Positions 1-12,860 of a stretch of 64,000 nucleotides of DNA are shown piece by piece. The notes below the pieces were generated by a model. The model saw only the letters and a program-made list of their open reading frames with translations, was not told the origin of the DNA and made no database searches. Source of the DNA: the human T2T-CHM13v2.0 reference genome, Homo sapiens; assembly GCF_009914755.1 (NCBI RefSeq), contig NC_060939.1. The stretch is one strand, 5' to 3'. The position numbers were made by a program, and so were the translations under genes. Position 1 is the first letter of the stretch. Each line of letters starts with the position of its first letter.

Positions 1-649
1 GAGTCCATTCCCTTTGATTCCATAACATTTGAGTCCATTCAATTCCATTCCTTTCGTTTCCATTCCATTTGATGCCATTCCATTCAATTCTGTTCTACTC
101 GACTCCAATACATTCAATTCCATTCCATCCGATTCCATTACATTCTTTTCATTTCTTATCCATTTCAAGCCATTCCACTCCATTCCATTCCACTCGTTTC
201 CTTTCCATTCGAGTCCATTCCTCTCCAGTCCATTCCGTTCAATCCATTCCATTCCAGTCCATTCCATTCGAGTCCGTTCCATTCCAGTCCATTCCATTCG
301 AGTCAATTCCATTCCATTCGATGTCTTTCCATAACGATCCATTCCATTCTATTCCTTTCGATTCCATTCCATTCTATTTCATTCCATTCGATTCCCTTCC
401 ATTGGACTCCTTTCCATTCGAGTGCATTCCATTCCGTTCCATTTCTTTCCGTTCTGTACGATTCCTACCGTTCGATTTCATTTTGTTCCAGTCCATTCCT
501 TTCGCGTCCATTCCATTCCATTTCACTCCATTCGATTCCATTCCACTCGATTCCACTTCGTTCCATTTCATTGCATTCCATTCTATTCAACTCTATTGCC
601 TTCCATTCCATTCCATTCGATTACATTCCATGCGATTCCATTCGAAATC

Positions 650-830
650 GAATCAATTACATTGCAATCCATTACAATTGAGTCCGTTTTATTCCAGTCC
701 ACTGCATTCTGGTCCATTCCATTTGATTCCATTCCATTCTATTCCATTCCATACAGTTGCATTCCATTGGATTCCATGCTATATCTATAAATTCAATTCG
801 AGACCATTGCTTTTGAGTCCATTCTATATG
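650..830 (+). repeat. Internal diverged sub-repeat, copy A (complex, low-purity block)
   Basis: GAATCAATTACATTGCAATCCATTAC...CCATACAGTTGCATTCCATT...AGACCATTGCTTTTGAGTCCATTCTAT is colinear with 1615-1795 at offset 965. Confidence 0.85.
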
Positions 831-1614
831 ATTCCATTCCATTCAAATCCATTACATTTGGTTCAATTCCATTCCATTCCATTCCCTTCCATTCCATTCC
901 ATTTGATATCAATCCATTCGATTCCATTCCATTCGAGCACATTCCATTCGAGTCCATTCCATTCGATGCCATTCCATTTGATTCTATTCCATTAGTCTCC
1001 ATTCAATTCCATTAATCTCCATTCCATTCCATTCTACTCCAACTGATTCCATTCCATTCTATTCCTTTCCATTCCATTTCATTCCATTCCATTCCATTTC
1101 ATTCCATTCCATTCCATTCGTGTCCATTCCACTCCAGTCCATTCCATTCGTGTCCATTCCATTCCAGTCCATTCCATTTGTCTCCACAGCATTCCATTCC
1201 ACTCCATTCCATATTATTCCATTACACTCCATTCCATTCTATCACTTTCATTTCCATTCAATTCCATTCCATTTGATTCCATTCCACTCGGTTTCATTCC
1301 ATTTGAGTCCACTCCATTCCATTCCATTGCATTCCATTCAGTTCCATTCCATTCTGTTCCATTCCATTCCGTTCCATTACATTCCATTCCATTCGGTACC
1401 ATTCCATATTGTTCCATTCGATTCCATTCGAATCCATTCCATTCCAGTCCATTCCATTCGATTCCATTCCATTCATTTCCATTCCATTCCATTCCATTCC
1501 ATTACATTCCACTTGATTCCTCTCCATTCCCTTCCACTGCATTCCGTTCGATTCCATTCCATTGCATTGCATTCCATTCCATTGGATTGCATTCCATTCG
1601 ATTCCATTCCATTC

Positions 1615-1795
1615 GAATCAATTACATAGCAATCCATTACATTCGAGTCTATTCTATTCCGTTCCATTCGATTTCGTTCCAATCCATTCGATTCCATTCC
1701 ATTCGATTCCATTCCATACTATTGCATTCCATTCGATTACATTATATTCGAATAAGTTCCATTCAAGACCATTTCTTTTGAGTCCATTCTATTTG
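1615..1795 (+). repeat. Internal diverged sub-repeat, copy B
   Basis: GAATCAATTACATAGCAATCCATTAC...CCATACTATTGCATTCCATT...AGACCATTTCTTTTGAGTCCATTCTAT. Confidence 0.85.
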
Positions 1796-1822
1796 AGTCC
1801 ATTCCCTTTGATTCCATAACAT

Positions 1823-4670
1823 TTGAGTCCATTCAATTCCATTCCTTTCGTTTCCATTCCATTTGATGCCATTCCATTCAATTCTGTTCTACTCGACTCC
1901 AATACACCCAATTCCATTCCATCCGATTCCATTACATTCTTTTCATTTCTTATCCATTTCAAGCCATTCCACTCCATTCCATTCCACTCGTTTCCTTTCC
2001 ATTCGAGTCCATTCCTCTCCAGTCCATTCCGTTCAATCCATTCCATTCCAGTCCATTCCATTCGAGTCCGTTCCATTCCAGTCCATTCCATTCGAGTCAA
2101 TTCCATCCCATTCGATGTCTTTCCATAACGATCCATTCCATTCTATTCCTTTCGATTCCATTCCATTCTATTTCATTCCATTCGATTCCCTTCCATTGGA
2201 CTCCTTTCCATTCGAGTGCATTCCATTCTGTTCCATTTCTTTCCGTTCTGTACGATTCCTACCGTTCGATTTCATTTTGTTCCAGTCCATTCCTTTCGCG
2301 TCCATTCCATTCCATTTCACTCCATTCGATTCCATTCCACTCGATTCCACTTCGTTCCATTTCATTGCATTCCATTCTATTCAACTCTATTGCCTTCCAT
2401 TCCATTCCATTCGATTACATTCCATGCGATTCCATTCGAAATCGAATCAATTACATTGCAATCCATTACTATTGAGTCCGTTTTATTCCAGTCCACTGCA
2501 TTCTGGTCCATTCCATTTGATTCCATTCCATTCTATTCCATTCCATACAGTTGCATTCCATTGGATTCCATGCTATATCTATAAATTCAATTCGAGACCA
2601 TTGCTTTTGAGTCCATTCTATATGATTCCATTCCATTCAAGTCCATTACATTTGGATCAATTCCATTCCATTCCATTCCCTTCCATTCCATTCCAGTTGA
2701 TATCAGTCCTTTCGATTCCATTCCATTCGAGCACATTCCATTCGAGTCCATTCCATTCGATGCCATTCCATTTGATTCTATTCCGTTAGTCTCCATTCAA
2801 TTCCATTAATCTCCATTCCATTCCATTCTACTCCAACTGATTCCATTCCATTCTATTCCTTTCCATTCCATTTCATTCCATTCCATTCCATTTCATTCCA
2901 TTCCATTCCATTCGTGTCCATTCCACTCCAGTCCATTCCACTTGTGTCCATTCCATTCCAGTCCATTCCATTTCTGTCCATTCCATTTGTGTCCACTGCA
3001 TTCCATTCCACTCCATTCCATATTATTCCATTCCACTCCATTCCATTCCACTCGTTTCCTTTCCATTCGAGTCCATTCCTCTCCAGTCCATTCTGTTCAA
3101 TCCATTCCATTCCAGTCCATTCCATTCGAGTCCGTTCCATTCCAGTCCATTCCATTCGAGTCAATTCCATCCCATTCGATGTCTTTCCATAACGATCCAT
3201 TCCATTCTATTCCTTTCGATTCCATTCCATTCTATTTCATTCCATTCGATTCCCTTCCATTGGACTCCTTTCCATTCGAGTGCATTCCATTCCGTTCCAT
3301 TTCTTTCCGTTCTGTACGATTCCTACCGTTCGATTTCATTTTGTTCCAGTCCATTCCTTTCGCGTCCATTCCATTCCATTTCACTCCATTCGATTCCATT
3401 CCACTCGATTCCACTTCGTTCCATTTCATTGCATTCCATTCTATTCAACTCTATTGCCTTCCATTCCATTCCATTCGATTACATTCCATGCGATTCCATT
3501 CGAAATCGAATCAATTACATTGCAATCCATTACTATTGAGTCCGTTTTATTCCAGTCCACTGCATTCTGGTCCATTCCATTTGATTCCATTCCATTCTAT
3601 TCCATTCCATACAGTTGCATTCCATTGGATTCCATGCTATATCTATAAATTCAATTCGAGACCATTGCTTTTGAGTCCATTCTATATGATTCCATTCCAT
3701 TCAAGTCCATTACATTTGGTTCAATTCCATTCCATTCCATTCCCTTCCATTCCATTCCATTTGATATCAATCCATTCGATTCCATTCCATTCGAGCACAT
3801 TCCATTCGAGTCCATTCCATTCGATGCCATTCCATTTGATTCTATTCCATTAGTCTCCATTCAATTCCATTAATCTCCATTCCATTCCATTTTACTCCAA
3901 CTGATTCCATTCCATTCTATTCCTTTCCATTCCATTTCATTCCATTCCATTCCATTCCATTCCATTCGTGTCCATTCCACTCCAGTCCATTCCATTCGTG
4001 TCCATTCCATTCCAGTCCATTCCATTTGTGTCCACTGCATTCCATTCCACTCCATTCCATATTATTCCATTACACTCCATTCCATTCTATTACTTTCATT
4101 TCCATTCAATTCCATTCCATTTGATTCCATTCCACTCGGTTTCATTCCATTTGAGTCCACTCCATTCCATTCCATTCCATTCCATTCAGTTCCATTCCAT
4201 TCTGTTCCATTCCATTCCGTTCCATTACATTCCATTCCATTCGGTACCATTCCATATTGTTCCATTCGATTCCATTCGAATCCATTCCATTCCAGTCCAT
4301 TCCATTCGATTCCATTCCATTCATTTCAATTCCATTCCATTCCATTCCATTACATTCCACTTGATTCCTCTCCATTCCCTTCCACTGCATTCCGTTCGAT
4401 TCCATTCCATTGCATTGCATTCCATTCCATTGGATTGCATTCCATTCGATTCCATTCCATTCGAATCAATTACATAGCAATCCATTACATTCGAGTCTAT
4501 TCTCTTCCGTTCCATTCGATTTCGTTCCAATCCATTCGATTCCATTCCATTCGATTCCATTCCATACTATTGCATTCCATTCGATTACATTATATTCGAA
4601 TAAGTTCCATTCAAGACCATTTCTTTTGAGTCCATTCTATTTGAGTCCATTCCCTTTGATTCCATAACAT
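1823..4670 (+). repeat. Two monomers fused by a 745-bp deletion (junction ~3028-3032), giving a local 1064-bp period
   Basis: The sequence reads ...CATATTATTCCATT|CCACTCCATTCCATTCCACTCGTTTCC..., joining the equivalents of positions 1223 and 1969. Homologous ORF starts at 2216 and 3280 are 1064 bp apart (1794+15-745). Confidence 0.9.
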
Positions 4671-7600
4671 TTGAGTCCATTCAATTCCATTCCTTTCGTT
4701 TCCATTCCATTTGATGCCATTCCATTCAATTCTGTTCTACTCGACTCCAATACATTCAATTCCATTCCATCCGATTCCATTACATTCTTTTCATTTCTTA
4801 TCCATTTCAAGCCATTCCACTCCATTCCATTCCACTCGTTTCCTTTCCATTCGAGTCCATTCCTCTCCAGTCCATTCCGTTCAATCCATTCCATTCCAGT
4901 CCATTCCATTCGAGTCCGTTCCATTCCAGTCCATTCCATTCGAGTCAATTCCATTCCATTCGATGTCTTTCCATAACGATCCATTCCATTCTATTCCTTT
5001 CGATTCCATTCCATTCTATTTCATTCCATTCGATTCCCTTCCATTGGACTCCTTTCCATTCGAGTGCATTCCATTCCGTTCCATTTATTTCCGTTCTGTA
5101 CGATTCCTACCGTTCGATTTCATTTTGTTCCAGTCCATTCCTTTCGCGTCCATTCCATTCCATTTCACTCCATTCGATTCCATTCCACTCGATTCCACTT
5201 CGTTCCATTTCATTGCATTCCATTCTATTCAACTCTATTGCCTTCCATTCCATTCCATTCGATTACATTCCATGCGATTCCATTCGAAATCGAATCAATT
5301 ACATTGCAATCCATTACTATTGAGTCCGTTTTATTCCAGTCCACTGCATTCTGGTCCATTCCATTTGATTCCATTCCATTCTATTCCATTCCATACAGTT
5401 GCATTCCATTGGATTCCATGCTATATCTATAAATTCAATTCGAGACCATTGCTTTTGAGTCCATTCTATATGATTCCATTCCATTCAAATCCATTACTTT
5501 TGGTTCAATTCCATTCCATTCCATTCCCTTCCATTCCATTCCATTTGATATCAATCCATTCGATTCCATTCCATTCGAGCACATTCCATTCGAGTCCATT
5601 CCATTCGATGCCATTCCATTTGATTCTATTCCATTAGTCTCCATTCAATTCCATTAATCTCCATTCCATTCCATTCTATTCCAACTGATTCCATTCCATT
5701 CTATTCCTTTCCATTCCATTTCATTCCATTCCATTCCATTTCATTCCATTCCATTCCATTCGTGTCCATTCCACTCCAGTCCATTCCATTCGTGTCCATT
5801 CCATTCCAGTCCATTCCATTTGTGTCCACTGCATTCCATTCCACTCCATTCCATATTATTCCATTACACTCCATTCCATTCTATCACTTTCATTTCCATT
5901 CAATTCCATTCCATTTGATTCCATTCCACTCGGTTTCATTCCATTTGAGTCCACTCCATTCCATTCCATTGCATTCCATTCAGTTCCATTCCATTCTGTT
6001 CCATTCCATTCCGTTCCATTACATTCCATTCCATTCGGTACCATTCCATATTGTTCCATTCGATTCCATTCGAATCCATTCCATTCCAGTCCATTCCATT
6101 CGATTCCATTCCATTCATTTCAATTCCATTCCATTCCATTCCATTACATTCCACTTGATTCCTCTCCATTCCCTTCCACTGCATTCCGTTCGATTCCATT
6201 CCATTGCATTGCATTCCATTACATTGGATTGCATTCCATTCGATTCCATTCCATTCGAATCAATTACATAGCAATCCATTACATTCGAGTCTATTCTATT
6301 CCGTTCCATTCGATTTCGTTCCAATCCATTCGATTCCATTCCATTCGATTCCATTCCATGCTATTGCATTCCATTCTATTACATTATATTCGAATAAGTT
6401 CCATTCAAGACCATTTCTTTTGAGTCCATTCTATTTGAGTCCATTCCCTTTGATTCCATAACATTTGAGTCCATTCAATTCCATTCCTTTCGTTTCCATT
6501 CCATTTGATGCCATTCCATTCAATTCTGTTCTACTCGACTCCAATACATTCAATTCCATTCCATCCGATTCCATTACATTCTTTTCATTTCTTATCCATT
6601 TCAAGCCATTCCACTCCATTCCATTCCACTCGTTTCCTTTCCATTCGAGTCCATTCCTCTCCAGTCCATTCCGTTCAATCCATTCCATTCCAGTCCATTC
6701 CATTCGAGTCCGTTCCATTCCAGTCCATTCCATTCGAGTCAATTCCATTCCATTCGATGTCTTTCCATAACGATCCATTCCATTCTATTCCTTTCGATTC
6801 CATTCCATTCTATTTCATTCCATTCGATTCCCTTCCATTGGACTCCTTTCCATTCGAGTGCATTCCATTCCGTTCCATTTCTTTCCGTTCTGTACGATTC
6901 CTACCGTTCGATTTCATTTTGTTCCAGTCCATTCCTTTCGCGTCCATTCCATTCCATTTCACTCCATTCGATTCCATTCCACTCGATTCCACTTCGTTCC
7001 ATTTCATTGCATTCCATTCTATTCAACTCTATTGCCTTCCATTCCATTCCATTCGATTACATTCCATGCGATTCCATTCGAAATCGAATCAATTACATTG
7101 CAATCCATTACAATTGAGTCCGTTTTATTCCAGTCCACTGCATTCTGGTCCATTCCATTTGATTCCATTCCATTCTATTCCATTCCATACAGTTGCATTC
7201 CATTGGATTCCATGCTATATCTATAAATTCAATTCGAGACCATTGCTTTTGAGTCCATTCTATATGATTCCATTCCATTCAAATCCATTACATTTGGTTC
7301 AATTCCATTCCATTCCATTCCCTTCCATTCCATTCCATTTGATATCAATCCATTCGATTCCATTCCATTCGAGCACATTCCATTCGAGTCCATTCCATTC
7401 GATGCCATTCCATTTGATTCTATTCCATTAGTCTCCATTCAATTCCATTAATCTCCATTCCATTCCATTCTACTCCAACTGATTCCATTCCATTCTATTC
7501 CTTTCCATTCCATTTCATTCCATTCCATTCCATTTCATTCCATTCCATTCCATTCGTGTCCATTCCACTCCAGTCCATTCCATTCGTGTCCATTCCATTC

Positions 7601-10032
7601 CAGTCCATTCCATTTGTGTCCACAGCATTCCATTCCACTCCATTCCATATTATTCCATTACACTCCATTCCATTCTATCACTTTCATTTCCATTCAATTC
7701 CATTCCATTTGATTCCATTCCACTCGGTTTCATTCCATTTGAGTCCACTCCATTCCATTCCATTGCATTCCATTCAGTTCCATTCCATTCTGTTCCATTC
7801 CATTCCGTTCCATTACATTCCATTCCATTCGGTACCATTCCATATTGTTCCATTCGATTCCATTCGAATCCATTCCATTCCAGTCCATTCCATTCGATTC
7901 CATTCCATTCATTTCCATTCCATTCCATTCCATTACATTACATTCCACTTGATTCCTCTCCATTCCCTTCCACTGCATTCCGTTCGATTCCATTCCATTG
8001 CATTGCATTCCATTCCATTGGATTGCATTCCATTCGATTCCATTCCATTCGAATCAATTACATAGCAATCCATTACATTCGAGTCTATTCTATTCCGTTC
8101 CATTCGATTTCGTTCCAATCCATTCGATTCCATTCCATTCGATTCCATTCCATACTATTGCATTCCATTCGATTACATTATATTCGAATAAGTTCCATTC
8201 AAGACCATTTCTTTTGAGTCCATTCTATTTGAGTCCATTCCCTTTGATTCCATAACATTTGAGTCCATTCAATTCCATTCCTTTCGTTTCCATTCCATTT
8301 GATGCCATTCCATTCAATTCTGTTCTACTCGACTCCAATACACTCAATTCCATTCCATCCGATTCCATTACATTCTTTTCATTTCTTATCCATTTCAAGC
8401 CATTCCACTCCATTCCATTCCACTCGTTTCCTTTCCATTCGAGTCCATTCCTCTCCAGTCCATTCCGTTCAATCCATTCCATTCCAGTCCATTCCATTCG
8501 AGTCCGTTCCATTCCAGTCCATTCCATTCGAGTCAATTCCATCCCATTCGATGTCTTTCCATAACGATCCATTCCATTCTATTCCTTTCGATTCCATTCC
8601 ATTCTATTTCATTCCATTCGATTCCCTTCCATTGGACTCCTTTCCATTCGAGTGCATTCCATTCCTTTCCATTTCTTTCCGTTCTGTACGATTCCTACCG
8701 TTCGATTTCATTTTGTTCCAGTCCATTCCTTTCGCGTCCATTCCATTCCATTTCACTCCATTCGATTCCATTCCACTCGATTCCACTTCGTTCCATTTCA
8801 TTGCATTCCATTCTATTCAACTCTATTGCCTTCCATTCCATTCCATTCGATTACATTCCATGCGATTCCATTCGAAATCGAATCAATTACATTGCAATCC
8901 ATTACTATTGAGTCCGTTTTATTCCAGTCCACTGCATTCTGGTCCATTCCATTTGATTCCGTTCCATTCTATTCCATTCCATACAGTTGCATTCCATTGG
9001 ATTCCATGCTATATCTATAAATTCAATTCGAGACCATTGCTTTTGAGTCCATTCTATATGATTCCATTCCATTCAAGTCCATTACATTTGGTTCAATTCC
9101 ATTCCATTCCATTCCCTTCCATTCCATTCCATTTGATATCAATCCATTCGATTCCATTCCATTCGAGCACATTCCATTCGAGTCCATTCCATTCGAAGCC
9201 ATTCCATTTGATTCTATTCCATTAGTCTCCATTCAATTCCATTAATCTCCATTCCATTCCATTCTACTCCAACTGATTCCATTTCATTCTATTCCTTTCC
9301 ATTCCATTTCATTCCATTCCATTCCATTCGTGTCCATTCCACTCCAGTCCATTCCATTCGTGTCCATTCCTTTCCAGTCCATTCCATTTGTGTCCACTGC
9401 ATTCCATTCCACTCCATTCCATATTATTCCATTACACTCCATTCCATTCTATTACTTTCATTTCCATTCAATTCCATTCCATTTGATTCCATTCCACTCG
9501 GTTTCATTCCATTTGAGTCCACTCCATTCCATTCCATTCCATTCCATTCAGTTCCATTCCATTCTGTTCCATTCCATTCCGTTCCATTACATTCCATTCC
9601 ATTCGGTACCATTGCATATTGTTCCATTCGATTCCATTCGAATCCATTCCATTCCAGTCCATTCCATTCGATTCCATTCCATTCATTTCAATTCCATTCC
9701 ATTCCATTCCATTACATTCCACTTGATTCCTCTCCATTCCCTTCCACTGCATTCCGTTCGATTCCATTCCATTGCATTGCATTCCATTCCATTGGATTGC
9801 ATTCCATTCGATTCCATTCCATTCGAATCAATTACATAGCAATCCATTACATTCGAGTCTATTCTCTTCCGTTCCATTCGATTTCGTTCCAATCCATTCG
9901 ATTCCATTCCATTCGATTCCATTCCATACTATTGCATTCCATTCTATTACATTATATTCGAATAAGTTCCATTCAAGACCATTTCTTTTGAGTCCATTCT
10001 ATTTGAGTCCATTCCCTTTGATTCCATAACAT

Positions 10033-12860
10033 TTGAGTCCATTCAATTCCATTCCTTTCGTTTCCATTCCATTTGATGCCATTCCATTCAATTCTGTTCT
10101 ACTCGACTCCAATACATTCAATTCCATTCCATCCGATTCCATTACATTCTTTTCATTTCTTATCCATTTCAAGCCATTCCACTCCATTCCATTCCACTCG
10201 TTTAATTTCCATTCGAGTCCATTCCTCTCCAGTCCATTCCGTTCAATCCATTCCATTCCAGTCCATTCCATTCGAGTCCGTTCCATTCCACTCCATTCCA
10301 TTCGAGTCAATTCCATCCCATTCGATGTCTTTCCATAACGATCCATTCCATTCTATTCCTTTCGATTCCATTCCATTCTATTTCATTCCATTCGATTCCC
10401 TTCCATTGGACTCCTTTCCATTCGAGTGCATTCCATTCTGTTCCATTTCTTTCCGTTCTGTACGATTCCTACCGTTCGATTTCATTTTGTTCCAGTCCAT
10501 TCCTTTCGCGTCCATTCCATTCCATTTCACTCCATTCGATTCCATTCCACTCGATTCCACTTCGTTCCATTTCATTGCATTCCATTCTATTCAACTCTAT
10601 TGCCTTCCATTCCATTCCATTCGATTACATTCCATGCGATTCCATTCGAAATCGAATCAATTACATTGCAATCCATTACTATTGAGTCCGTTTTATTCCA
10701 GTCCACTGCATTCTGGTCCATTCCATTTGATTCCATTCCATTCTATTCCATTCCATACAGTTGCATTCCATTGGATTCCATGCTATATCTATAAATTCAA
10801 TTCGAGACCATTGCTTTTGAGTCCATTCTATATGATTCCATTCCATTCAAGTCCATTACATTTGGATCAATTCCATTCCATTCCATTCCCTTCCATTCCA
10901 TTCCAGTTGATATCAGTCCTTTCGATTCCATTCCATTCGAGCACATTCCATTCGAGTCCATTCCATTCGATGCCATTCCATTTGATTCTATTCCGTTAGT
11001 CTCCATTCAATTCCATTAATCTCCATTCCATTCCATTCTACTCCAACTGATTCCATTCCATTCTATTCCTTTCCATTCCATTTCATTCCATTCCATTCCA
11101 TTTCATTCCATTCCATTCCATTCGTGTCCATTCCACTCCAGTCCATTCCACTTGTGTCCATTCCATTCCAGTCCATTCCATTTCTGTCCATTCCATTTGT
11201 GTCCACTACATTCCATTCCACTCCATTCCATATTATTCCATTCCACTCCATTCCATTCCACTCGTTTCCTTTCCATTCGAGTCCATTCCTCTCCAGTCCA
11301 TTCTGTTCAATCCATTCCATTCCAGTCCATTCCATTCGAGTCCGTTCCATTCCAGTCCATTCCATTCGAGTCAATTCCATCCCATTCGATGTCTTTCCAT
11401 AACGATCCATTCCATTCTATTCCTTTCGATTCCATTCCATTCTATTTCATTCCATTCGATTCCCTTCCATTGGACTCCTTTCCATTCGAGTGCATTCCAT
11501 TCCGTTCCATTTCTTTCCGTTCTGTACGATTCCTACCGTTCGATTTCATTTTGTTCCAGTCCATTCCTTTCGCGTCCATTCCATTCCATTTCACTCCATT
11601 CGATTCCATTCCACTCGATTCCACTTCGTTCCATTTCATTGCATTCCATTCTATTCAACTCTATTGCCTTCCATTCCATTCCATTCGATTACATTCCATG
11701 CGATTCCATTCGAAATCGAATCAATTACATTGCAATCCATTACTATTGAGTCCGTTTTATTCCAGTCCACTGCATTCTGGTCCATTCCATTTGATTCCAT
11801 TCCATTCTATTCCATTCCATACAGTTGCATTCCATTGGATTCCATGCTATATCTATAAATTCAATTCGAGACCATTGCTTTTGAGTCCATTCTATATGAT
11901 TCCATTCCATTCAAGTCCATTACATTTGGTTCAATTCCATTCCATTCCATTCCCTTCCATTCCATTCCATTTGATATCAATCCATTCGATTCCATTCCAT
12001 TCGAGCACATTCCATTCGAGTCCATTCCATTCGATGCCATTCCATTTGATTCTATTCCATTAGTCTCCATTCAATTCCATTAATCTCCATTCCATTCCAT
12101 TTTACTCCAACTGATTCCATTCCATTCTATTCCTTTCCATTCCATTTCATTCCATTCCATTCCATTCCATTCCATTCCATTCGTGTCCATTCCACTCCAG
12201 TCCATTCCATTCGTGTCCATTCCATTCCAGTCCATTCCATTTGTGTCCACTGCATTCCATTCCACTCCATTCCATATTATTCCAATACACTCCATTCCAT
12301 TCTATCACTTTCATTTCCATTCAATTCCATTCCATTTGATTCCATTCCACTCGGTTTCATTCCATTTGAGTCCACTCCATTCCATTCCATTCAGTTCCAT
12401 TCCATTCTGTTCCATTACATTCCATTCCATTCGGTACCATTCCATATTGTTCCATTCGATTCCATTCGAATCCATTCCATTCCAGTCCATTCCATTCGAT
12501 TCCATTCCATTCATTTCAATTCCATTCCATTCCATTACATTACATTCCACTTGATTCCTCTCCATTCCCTTCCACTGCATTCCGTTCGATTCCATTCCAT
12601 TGCATTGCATTCCATTCCATTGGATTGCATTCCATTCGATTCCATTCCATTCGAATCAATTACATAGCAATCCATTACATTCGAGTCTATTCTATTCCGT
12701 TCCATTCGATTTCGTTCCAATCCATTCGATTCCATTCCATTCGATTCCATTCCATACTATTGCATTTCATTCGATTACATTATATTCGAATAAGTTCCAT
12801 TCAAGACCATTTCTTTTGAGTCCATTCTATTTGAGTCCATTCCCTTTGATTCCATAACAT
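10033..12860 (+). repeat. Second copy of the same deletion-fused monomer pair (junction ~11238-11242)
   Basis: Same junction and same flanking private variants (TTTGGATCAA, GATATCAGTCCTTTCG, TTCCGTTAGT, CCACTTGTG, 15-bp TTTCTGTCCATTCCA insertion) as the first copy, offset 8210 bp. Confidence 0.9.

Larger units (their letters stand above)
29..1822 (+). repeat. Representative ~1.8 kb (1794 bp) higher-order monomer with a single KpnI site, D15Z1/HSat3A5-like (probable chr15p)
   Basis: A landmark (TTGAGTCCATTCAATTCCATTCCTTTCGTTTCC) recurs 35 times at 29, 1823, 4671, 6465, 8259 ... 63218, with regular spacings of 1769-1824 bp (mode 1794). GGTACC is at 1395-1400 and GATATC at 905-910. A 1.8-kb KpnI satellite III repeat is the classical definition of D15Z1; the chromosome assignment is inference. 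Confidence 0.75.

Noticed and set aside
641-652. Possible heat-shock element TTCGAAATCGAA
   Set aside because: The spacing does not match three alternating inverted nGAAn units.
780-792. TATA-like TATATCTATAAA in each monomer
   Set aside because: It is an AT-rich degenerate stretch with no other promoter evidence; its homologue in sub-repeat B is TTATATTCGAATAAG.
69-995. 308-aa + strand ORF (and the 101, 122, 169, 85-aa ORFs) recurring in nearly every monomer
   Set aside because: These are translations of (ATTCC)n (IPFHS repeats), which is naturally stop-poor. Several frames are open at once, many begin at non-ATG codons, and copies are broken at random (e.g. 20107, 34439, 43529). Recurrence only reflects monomer identity.
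1789-2136. Minus-strand MEWNG-repeat ORFs resembling the SCA31 (TGGAA)n pentapeptide repeat
   Set aside because: An automatic consequence of GGAAT repeats; nothing in the sequence supports translation.
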